From: an uncultured Clostridia bacterium
GTDB lineage: Bacteria > Bacillota > Clostridia > Oscillospirales > Acutalibacteraceae
DNA length: 64,000 bases
NCBI GenBank assembly: GCA_947624285.1
Contig: CANQJS010000002.1
Span: 16,993 to 80,992 of the forward strand
Reading direction: 5' to 3'
A program made the translations under genes and the position numbers. Shown in pieces: positions 56,707 through 64,000 of this stretch. The notes under the pieces were generated by a model. That model was not told the origin of the DNA. It ran no database searches and was given only the letters and a program-made list of their open reading frames with translations. Each line of letters begins with the position of its first letter. Positions within the stretch are counted from its first letter, which is position 1.

Positions 56707-58343
56707 CTGGATATAACTGCAAATACGCACCGATAGAAATTTTGGCTGGATTCGGCGAGCAATACGAGCTTATGAACGGTGAAGTCGAAAATTTTGACTA
56801 CGCGTCGGGCAGAATGCATCAGAATATGTGCTCTCACGCCAAAGCTATGCTTGAAAATATACATAGCGGGGAATACGACAGCCTGCTTTTTATGAATTGC
56901 TGCGACAGCTCAAGAAGGGTTTTTGATTCATTGAAAAACGAAAGCCTCGCTTTTTCATACTGCATAGATCTGCCCTCTTGCGGCACGGTGTGCGCCGTTG
57001 AAAAATTCAAAGACGATTTACTCGAATTTATCGGAGAATACGAAAAATTCAGCGGCAAAAGCTTTAACAAAAAGCGCTTTTTATCGTCATTCAAAAGCGG
57101 GCGGGAAAAACCCAAAGGCAAATTTGTTGCCGTTATCGGGGCAAGATGCGGCAAAACGCTTATCGACGCGGCAAAAGCCTGCTTCGGCGAAACGGAAATT
57201 TTTGATTTGACCTGCGCCTCGGGACGCGAGGTTTTTATTTCGGACGCAGACGAAAACGATTCCATGGACGAGATTATGCTGAAATACGCGAAGGCGTTGA
57301 TCTCTCAAACTCCCTGTATGCGTATGCAAAACATTAAGGCAAGGGAAGCTTTGCTTGAGGACGAAAACTGCATCGGTATCATTTACAGCACCGTTAAATT
57401 CTGCGACTATTATGATTTTGAGTTTTCAAAGCTGAAAGGGCTCAAAACTCCGATAATAAGAATTGAAAGCGATTATACAAATCAGTCATACGGGCAACTG
57501 CTGACAAGAATTGAGGGATTCGCGGAGACCGTGTTAAAACCCGCCAACAAAAAAACAGACGCAAAGCGACCCGGGAAATATTTTATAGGCATAGACAGCG
57601 GCTCCACCACAACGGAGCTTGTTGCGCTTGACGAAAATCTGAATATCGTGAGCAGCGTTATGGTCCGCACGGGAGCAAACGCGGCGGCGGGAGCGAAAAA
57701 AGCTCTCGAAAAATCGGGATTGCGAAAAAATGACGCCGCTTTTATTATGGCGACAGGCTACGGCAGAAAAAACATCGGCTTTGCGGACGGCAGCATAACC
57801 GAAATAACATGCCACGCAAAAGGAGCGCGGCGGCTCTGCGCTGATGTTAAAACAATAATCGACATCGGCGGGCAGGACAGCAAGGTTATAGTTCTCGGTG
57901 CGGACGGCAGCGTTGTAAATTTCGCAATGAACGACAAATGCGCCGCCGGCACCGGCAGATTTCTTGAAAATATGGCGAAGGTGCTTGACCTTGATATGAA
58001 CACGATGGCGGAAATCGGTTTAAAATACAAAAACGAGCTGACAGTTTCAAGTATGTGCACCGTATTTGCGGAAAGCGAGGTCGTTTCATTGATAGCCGAC
58101 GGCCGCCTTGTTTCGGATATTGTTCACGGCCTCAACAAAAGCGTTGCCGTAAAAACAAAGGCGCTCGCGAGCAGCGTTAAGGAGCTCGGCACCGTGATGA
58201 TGACGGGCGGAGTGGCAAATAACAAAGGCGTTGTTTCTGAGCTTGAAAAGCTGCTTAACACAAAAATAACCGTTCCGGAGCATCCTGAATTTTGCGGAGC
58301 TTTGGGCGCGGCGATCGCCGCGGCGGAGGCGTTGCAAAAATAG
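56703..58343 (+). CDS. 2-hydroxyacyl-CoA dehydratase subunit fused to activator (HgdC/BadF-type ATPase)
   Basis: 'KFCDYY', 'TRIEGFAE', then 'GIDSGSTTT', 'TGYGR', 'DIGGQDSK', 'MNDKCAAGTGRF'. Confidence 0.92.
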   Translation: MTGYNCKYAPIEILAGFGEQYELMNGEVENFDYASGRMHQNMCSHAKAMLENIHSGEYDSLLFMNCCDSSRRVFDSLKNESLAFSYCIDLPSCGTVCAVEKFKDDLLEFIGEYEKFSGKSFNKKRFLSSFKSGREKPKGKFVAVIGARCGKTLIDAAKACFGETEIFDLTCASGREVFISDADENDSMDEIMLKYAKALISQTPCMRMQNIKAREALLEDENCIGIIYSTVKFCDYYDFEFSKLKGLKTPIIRIESDYTNQSYGQLLTRIEGFAETVLKPANKKTDAKRPGKYFIGIDSGSTTTELVALDENLNIVSSVMVRTGANAAAGAKKALEKSGLRKNDAAFIMATGYGRKNIGFADGSITEITCHAKGARRLCADVKTIIDIGGQDSKVIVLGADGSVVNFAMNDKCAAGTGRFLENMAKVLDLDMNTMAEIGLKYKNELTVSSMCTVFAESEVVSLIADGRLVSDIVHGLNKSVAVKTKALASSVKELGTVMMTGGVANNKGVVSELEKLLNTKITVPEHPEFCGALGAAIAAAEALQK

Positions 58344-58371
58344 CGTTTTTCTTGCTAAAGCGGCAACAAGT

Positions 58372-58418
58372 AAAACCCCCGAAATTCTTTGTTTTCAAAG
58401 AGCTTCGGGGGTTTGTTT
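58372..58418. terminator. Bidirectional terminator
   Basis: AAACCCCCGAA...TTCGGGGGTTT between convergent genes. Confidence 0.7.
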
Positions 58419-58428
58419 TATATTCTGA

Positions 58429-59715
58429 TTATATTTTGGGAACAAGTCTTTCTTTTCCGCCCATATACGGTCTGAGAATTTCGGGTATCGTCACGCTGCC
58501 GTCAGCCTGAAGGTGATTTTCGAGAAACGCTATCAGCATTCTCGGCGGGGCTACAACGGTGTTGTTGAGCGTGTGGGCAAGATAATTGCCGTTTTCGCCC
58601 TTTATCCTTATGCGAAGCCTTCTCGCCTGCGCGTCGGAGAGATTGGAGCATGAGCCGACCTCAAAATACTTTTTCTGGCGGGGAGACCACGCCTCGACAT
58701 CAACGGATTTCACCTTTAGATCGGCAAGGTCGCCTGAACAGCACTCAAGCGTGCGCACGGGAATATCGAGAGAGCGGAAAAGATCGACGGTGTTTTGCCA
58801 AAGCCTGTCAAACCACATTTTTGAATCCTCGGGCTTGCAGACGACGATCATTTCCTGCTTTTCAAACTGATGTATTCTGTAAATGCCCCTTTCCTCTATT
58901 CCGTGCGCGCCCTTTTCTTTCCTGAAGCAGGGGGAATACGAGGTCAGCGTTTTCGGAAGCTCGGATTCGGGAATTATCGTGTCGATAAATTTACCGATCA
59001 TTGAATGCTCGGAAGTTCCGATAAGATAAAGATCCTCGCCCTCTATCTTATACATCATCGCATCCATTTCGGAAAAGCTCATAACGCCGTTTACAACCGC
59101 GGAGCGGATCATAAAGGGCGGAATGCAGTAGGTAAAACCGCGATCTATCATAAAATCGCGCGCATATGCGAGAACAGCGGAATGAAGTCTTGCGATATCG
59201 CCCATAAAATAGTAAAATCCGTTGCCGGCGACTCTTCCCGCAGAATCAAGATCGATACCGCCGAAGCTTTCCATAATTTCGGTATGATACGGTATCTCAT
59301 AATCCGGCACTTTCGGCTCGCCGAATCTCTGCACCTCAACATTTTCGCTGTCGTCCCTGCCTATCGGCACGCTGTCGTCTATAATGTTCGGTATCGTCAT
59401 CATAATTTTGGTGATTTTTTCCGTCAGCTCGCTCTCCTTTTTGGAAAGCTCCTCAAGCTCGTCCGCCTGCTCCTTTACCTTCTGCCGCAGCGCCATTCCC
59501 TCTTCCTTTTTGCCCTGCGCCATAAGATTTCCGATTTCCTTAGACAGCCTGTTTCTGTTGGAGCGCAGCTCGTCCGCGCGCTTTTGCGCGTCTCTTTTTT
59601 CCCCGTCGAGCGCTATTACCTCGTCAACAAGAGGCAGTTTTTCATCCTGAAACTTCTTTTTGATGTTTTCCTTAACGATTTCGGGATTTTCCCTTACAAA
59701 CTTAATATCAAGCAT
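58429..59715 (-). CDS. serS: Seryl-tRNA synthetase
   Basis: 'MLDIKFVREN', 'CFRKEKG', 'RIHQFEKQE', 'HTLNNT'. Confidence 0.98.
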   Translation of the reverse strand: MLDIKFVRENPEIVKENIKKKFQDEKLPLVDEVIALDGEKRDAQKRADELRSNRNRLSKEIGNLMAQGKKEEGMALRQKVKEQADELEELSKKESELTEKITKIMMTIPNIIDDSVPIGRDDSENVEVQRFGEPKVPDYEIPYHTEIMESFGGIDLDSAGRVAGNGFYYFMGDIARLHSAVLAYARDFMIDRGFTYCIPPFMIRSAVVNGVMSFSEMDAMMYKIEGEDLYLIGTSEHSMIGKFIDTIIPESELPKTLTSYSPCFRKEKGAHGIEERGIYRIHQFEKQEMIVVCKPEDSKMWFDRLWQNTVDLFRSLDIPVRTLECCSGDLADLKVKSVDVEAWSPRQKKYFEVGSCSNLSDAQARRLRIRIKGENGNYLAHTLNNTVVAPPRMLIAFLENHLQADGSVTIPEILRPYMGGKERLVPKI

Positions 59716-59719
59716 ATTT

Positions 59720-60571
59720 TTATTCTCCTAATTTATTAGCAATATTTTTCAAATCTTCCTGCGAATAAAATTCAATTTCAAGTGTTCCCTTTCCGCGGCC
59801 GTTATATACCTTTACTTTTCTGCCCAGCACCTCGGAGAGAGTGAGCTCCACTTCGTCATAAAAGCTGTCGCGCCGTTTGATTCTTTTCTGTGAAACGGAA
59901 TTGTTTTTTTCGCCGATCTTAGCCATTCGCTCAACTTCGCGTACGGTGAGCTTGTTTTTAATTATGCTGTTTGCCGCCTCATACATCATCGCCTCGTTTT
60001 CAAAAGAAAGAAGCGCCCGCGCGTGACCGGCGGATATTAACCCCTCTCTTGTCATATCTCGAATTTCCTGCGGCAGTCTTAAAAGCCTCAGGCTGTTGGC
60101 TATTGCGGGGCGTGATTTTCCAACTCCCGCGGCGATATCCTCCTGTGTCAGGCCGCATTTATCCACAAGCGCCTGCAAGCCCTCCGCTTCTTCAATGGGA
60201 TTAAGGTCTTCGCGTTGGAGATTTTCTATTATGGCGATCTCCATCGTTTCCGTGTCGTTAAGCTCTTTAACAACAACGGGTATCTCGCGCACATTCGCCA
60301 TTCGGCAGGCTCTCCATCGCCTCTCGCCCGCCACAAGCTGATAGCCTCCGCTCGGCAGAGGGCGCACCAGCAACGGCTGAAGCACGCCGTGCTGCTTTAT
60401 GCTCTGCGCAAGCTCCGCGAGTGATGTTTCATCGAAAGTTTTACGCGGTTGGTCCTTATTTGGAATTATCTCATCGATCGGCAGGGTATTTGTGCTTACC
60501 ATACCCTCCGTTGTGTTTTCGCGCATCAGAGCGCCGAGACCCTTGCCGAGTCCTGAATTTTTTACAGCCAT
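59720..60571 (-). CDS. parB: Chromosome partitioning protein ParB/Spo0J
   Basis: 'GLGKGLGAL', 'QPRKTF', 'AGERRWRA', 'ENLQREDLNPIEEA'. Confidence 0.96.
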   Translation of the reverse strand: MAVKNSGLGKGLGALMRENTTEGMVSTNTLPIDEIIPNKDQPRKTFDETSLAELAQSIKQHGVLQPLLVRPLPSGGYQLVAGERRWRACRMANVREIPVVVKELNDTETMEIAIIENLQREDLNPIEEAEGLQALVDKCGLTQEDIAAGVGKSRPAIANSLRLLRLPQEIRDMTREGLISAGHARALLSFENEAMMYEAANSIIKNKLTVREVERMAKIGEKNNSVSQKRIKRRDSFYDEVELTLSEVLGRKVKVYNGRGKGTLEIEFYSQEDLKNIANKLGE

Positions 60572-60599
60572 ATCACACCTCTTTATTTAAAACATTATA

Positions 60600-61361
60600 T
60601 TATTGCCTTGAAAGCACTTCCGCCGCCAACTTTTTATACGCAAAGCTCGCTTTGGAATATTTGTCATAGTAGATTATGGGCAATCCGTAACTCGGCGCCT
60701 CGGCGAGACGGACGCTGCGCGGAATGAGCGTTTTATAGCCCTTGTTGGGGAAATATTGATTGACCTCCTCAACTATCTGGCGGCTGAGCTTTAATCTGCT
60801 GTCAAACATAGTATAAACAACGCCCTCTATCTCAAGATGCTCGTTGTAATATTGCTTTACCGTGCGAATGGTGCTTAAAAGCTGACTCATACCCTCAAGC
60901 GCGTAAAATTCGCATTGCAAAGGTATCAAAAGCGTATCGGACGCCACAAGACCGTTGAGGCTGAGAAGCCCCAAGCTCGGCGGGCAGTCTATCAATATGT
61001 AGTCATAATCGGAAAGAATGGGGGCAAGCGCTCTTTTCAGCACGCCGTTTCTGTCCTCCGCCTCCGCAAGCTCAAGCTCCGCGCCTGCCAAATTCATATT
61101 GGCGGGGAGCAAAAACAGGTTTTTGAATTGTGTCGGAGTAATTATGTCCTTCGCGGGATCTCCGTTTATGAGCACATCATATGTGGATTTTTTTATAAGT
61201 CCCTTGTCAAAGCCGACGCCGCTGGTTGAATTTCCCTGTGGGTCAACATCAACTATCAGCGTTCTGAGTCCTTTTTCCCCGAAAATCGCCGCGAGATTCA
61301 CGCAGGTGGTTGTTTTCCCCACGCCGCCTTTTTGGTTGAAAACAGCTATCGTTTTTCCCAT
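60600..61361 (-). CDS. parA: ParA/Soj ATPase
   Basis: 'NQKGGVGKTT', 'DPQGN', 'IDCPPSLG', 'RLAEAPSYG'. Confidence 0.96.
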   Translation of the reverse strand: MGKTIAVFNQKGGVGKTTTCVNLAAIFGEKGLRTLIVDVDPQGNSTSGVGFDKGLIKKSTYDVLINGDPAKDIITPTQFKNLFLLPANMNLAGAELELAEAEDRNGVLKRALAPILSDYDYILIDCPPSLGLLSLNGLVASDTLLIPLQCEFYALEGMSQLLSTIRTVKQYYNEHLEIEGVVYTMFDSRLKLSRQIVEEVNQYFPNKGYKTLIPRSVRLAEAPSYGLPIIYYDKYSKASFAYKKLAAEVLSRQ

Positions 61362-61421
61362 AATGCACCTCCTTTTTAAAATTATACATTATAAAAAGGC
61401 AATATTCAATATAAAATTGAA

Positions 61422-61437
61422 TGTTTCACATGAAACA
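61422..61437. promoter_or_regulatory. parS site
   Basis: TGTTTCACATGAAACA, one mismatch to TGTTTCACGTGAAACA. Confidence 0.88.
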
Positions 61438-61482
61438 TTTTAGAATTTTCCTCACCCGCGTATGCCGCCGTGCGGTTTAAAT

Positions 61483-61498
61483 TGTTTCACATGAAACA
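61483..61498. promoter_or_regulatory. parS site
   Basis: TGTTTCACATGAAACA, second identical copy. Confidence 0.88.
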
Positions 61499-61588
61499 TA
61501 AAGCTGCACAAAACGCAGAATAGCCCACCGCAAGGCAGGCTATTCCGCGTGATGAAAAGAGGAGAATATGTTAAAACGGTTTCCCGTT

Positions 61589-62419
61589 TTAAGCGGAGTC
61601 AGTGACTTTTTCTTTCAAAGTCTCCCGTGTTTTTCCGTTATCTATCTTTTTTGGTATTTTAACATAAAATTCAATGTAGTCGTCCGTTTCGTTTTTATTG
61701 CTTTCTGCGGGAATTCCCGCTTCTATCATCGTATTTATCGCTTTATTAACGGTGTTTACAAATATTCTGACATCTCTGAATATCTTAACAACATTTTTGC
61801 GCGGCTTTTGCTTCTTGTTAATAAGGGACTCTATATATGCTTCTGTTTGCTCAACATTGAGCTTTCGCTCTTTGATTTGTTCCAAAACATCCCACATCTG
61901 CGTTTCGGATTCGCATTTGAGAAGCGCTCTCGCGTGGCGTTCCGTCAATCCGTCTTTTTCAATACGGTAGCGTATATCCACGGGGAGCTTCAAGATGCGA
62001 AGTTTGTTTGACAGTGCGCTCTGGCTTTTCCCGAGGCGCTTTGCTATCTGCTCCTGTGTCAAATTAAAATGGCTCTGCATATGCGCGATTGCCTGCGCCT
62101 CTTCAAAAAAGCTTAAATCGGCGCGCTGGATATTTTCAAGAATTGACAAAATGGCGCTTTCCCTGTAATCGCAGTCGATGATAAGGCAGGGAACGGTTTC
62201 AAGATTTGCGAGGATGGCGGCGCGCAGCCTTCTTTCGCCCGCGACGATCTCAAAATAATCGGTATTCTTTATTCGGCGTGCCAGCAAAGGCTGAAGCACG
62301 CCGTTTTCTCTTATAGAATCGGCAAGGCTGAGAAGTTCATCCGACTTAAACTGCTTTCTTGGCTGATAGGGGTTCGGCAGCAGCTTTTCGGTGGGTATTT
62401 TTATCACTTCTTCCGCCAT
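61589..62419 (-). CDS. noc: Noc-like ParB-family protein
   Basis: 'NPYQPRKQF', 'AGERR', 'ENIQR', 'DVRIFVNTVNKAI'; canonical position between rsmG and parA. Confidence 0.82.
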   Translation of the reverse strand: MAEEVIKIPTEKLLPNPYQPRKQFKSDELLSLADSIRENGVLQPLLARRIKNTDYFEIVAGERRLRAAILANLETVPCLIIDCDYRESAILSILENIQRADLSFFEEAQAIAHMQSHFNLTQEQIAKRLGKSQSALSNKLRILKLPVDIRYRIEKDGLTERHARALLKCESETQMWDVLEQIKERKLNVEQTEAYIESLINKKQKPRKNVVKIFRDVRIFVNTVNKAINTMIEAGIPAESNKNETDDYIEFYVKIPKKIDNGKTRETLKEKVTDSA

Positions 62420-62519
62420 TCGCCTTCATCTCCTTGATTAAATAATAGCACAGCGTATGACATAAAAAAAGAATTTCTTTTCACAAGAAATCCTTTGATA
62501 TCGACATATTAGGTTTAAA

Positions 62520-63224
62520 TCAGAGAGGGGCGGCGGCTATTTTTTTGGATTTTCTCGGATAATTTGTCGGAGTGTGCGATACTTTTTTTATGATGACAAG
62601 ATTTCTCATATCGCCGTTTTGCAGTTTAAATGAAACTGTTTTTTCAATACTCCCGCCGAGCTTTTCAACGGCGTTTTTTCCGAGCGCCGTCTCATCATCC
62701 GTGCCTTTCATCGATACATAAATTCCGCCGATTTTAATAAGTGGAAGGCAATACTCCGCCAAAACATTAAGCGGGGCGACGGCGCGCGTAAAGGCGGCGT
62801 CAAATTTTTCGCGGTATTCGCTCATCGCTCCCGCATCCTCGGCGCGAAGATGCAATGTTTCACCGAAAAGCTTCGCTTTTATAAAATAGTCCTCAATAAA
62901 TTTCAGCTTTTTTTCAACGGAATCAAGAAATGTGCATCGCAAATCGGGGCGCGCGATAAGTATCGGCAGCCCGGGGAAGCCCGCGCCGCATCCCACATCT
63001 ATTATACGGGCGCCTTCCCCAAGCTCGATATGGGCGAGGGGAGTAAGGCTGTCCGCAAAATGTTTGATAACTATATCGCGCGGCTCGGTTATGGCGGTGA
63101 GATTTACATGCTTATTTCTCTCAACAAGCATTTTTGACAACAAATCAAAGCGGTCGAGCGCCCTGTCGTCCAACGCAACGCCCATTTTATCCGCTTCGTT
63201 CTTCAAAAGGGAAGTATCTGTCAT
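62520..63224 (-). CDS. rsmG: 16S rRNA m7G methyltransferase
   Basis: 'NLTAIT', 'KHFADSL', 'DVGCGAGFPG', 'RAVA'. Confidence 0.96.
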   Translation of the reverse strand: MTDTSLLKNEADKMGVALDDRALDRFDLLSKMLVERNKHVNLTAITEPRDIVIKHFADSLTPLAHIELGEGARIIDVGCGAGFPGLPILIARPDLRCTFLDSVEKKLKFIEDYFIKAKLFGETLHLRAEDAGAMSEYREKFDAAFTRAVAPLNVLAEYCLPLIKIGGIYVSMKGTDDETALGKNAVEKLGGSIEKTVSFKLQNGDMRNLVIIKKVSHTPTNYPRKSKKIAAAPL

Positions 63225-64000
63225 AAGCTCTCCAAAATTATATTAAGCGCGGTTATATCCGCGGGGTTTACTCCGCTTATCCTGCTTGCCTGCCCTAAGT
63301 TTTCCGGGCGTATCTTCGCAAGCTTCTCCACAGCCTCAAGGCGCAGACCTTTCAGCGATGAATAATCAATATCGTCGGGTATTCGTTTGCTCTCTATTCT
63401 GCGCAGTTCTTTTATCTGCTGCTCCTGCTTTGCGATATACCCCTCATATTTCACGGCGATCTCGACCTGCTCAAGCACCTCTTCGGGCAGATCGGGTCTT
63501 GAAATATCAACGGGCTTGATTTTCTCGTAGGTCACCTGCGGCCTTCTGAGCAACTCGATTATTTTGCAGCTTTTTGAGAGGGGAGAAGTGCCGCAATCCG
63601 CAAGAATTTGCTGCAACCTATCTGTTACGGGCAGGGAGGTTGTTTCGATCCTGCGCCGCTCGGCGGCAACGGCATTCTGCTTTGCAAGGAATTTTTTATA
63701 TCTTTCCTCGCTTATCAGCCCGATTTCATATCCAGTAGGCGTGAGCCGTGCGTCGGCGTTGTCCTGCCTGAGCACAAGGCGGTATTCGCTCCTGCTCGTC
63801 ATCATTCGATAGGGGTCGGAGCAGCCCTTAGTAACAAGATCGTCGATCAGCGTGCCGATATATGAGCCTCCCCTGTCGAGCACAAGGGGCGGTTTGCCCT
63901 TTATTTTTAGTGCGGCGTTGATCCCCGCCACAAGACCCTGCGCCGCCGCTTCCTCATAGCCGCTCGAGCCGTTAAACTGACCCGCGCCGTAGAGCCCGCC
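63221..64000 (-). CDS. mnmG: tRNA uridine-5-carboxymethylaminomethyl modification enzyme (3' part)
   Basis: 'AGQFNGSSGYEEAAAQG', 'YIGTLIDDLVTKG', 'RSEYRL.LRQDNAD', 'GQASRISGV'. Confidence 0.97.
   Translation of the reverse strand, partial: GGLYGAGQFNGSSGYEEAAAQGLVAGINAALKIKGKPPLVLDRGGSYIGTLIDDLVTKGCSDPYRMMTSRSEYRLVLRQDNADARLTPTGYEIGLISEERYKKFLAKQNAVAAERRRIETTSLPVTDRLQQILADCGTSPLSKSCKIIELLRRPQVTYEKIKPVDISRPDLPEEVLEQVEIAVKYEGYIAKQEQQIKELRRIESKRIPDDIDYSSLKGLRLEAVEKLAKIRPENLGQASRISGVNPADITALNIILESL

Overview
Chromosomal window from a low/medium-GC Clostridia-type bacterium (inferred from gene content and order), close to oriC. The right end carries mnmG-rsmG-noc-parS-parA-parB-serS. The left ~27 kb is mostly housekeeping and cell-envelope genes (G5 protein, tRNA-Arg, tarIJ, MFS transporters, trmB, GHMP kinase, cysK/metY/Rrf2, feoB, RimK pair, purH, purA, guaA). 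An AT-richer accessory region starts at the 3' end of guaA (~27.2 kb) and has no visible integrase. Its most unusual part (33.2-51.1 kb) looks like a cassette array. Two diverged ~1.9-kb copies of a MATE gene are each followed by a different type II R-M system with parallel layout: palindrome-overlapped promoter, small putative DNA-binding gene, MTase(s), convergent REase and a near-identical controller (C) gene, then a cargo gene. One system is a C5-MTase system whose C gene has a nonsense codon; the other is NlaIII/IceA1-like with an extra MTase. The module junctions fall on one 24-28-bp GC-rich palindrome family, and a decayed, internally deleted relic of the first R-M cassette sits behind another copy of the palindrome at 50.8 kb. 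Other signals absent from the ORF track: a Cys-tipped leader peptide before metY-cysK, a type I toxin-antitoxin locus, a shared PurBox-like motif before purH and purA, a glf relic and a MITE-like element. All calls come from reading the sequence by eye; no database searches were run.
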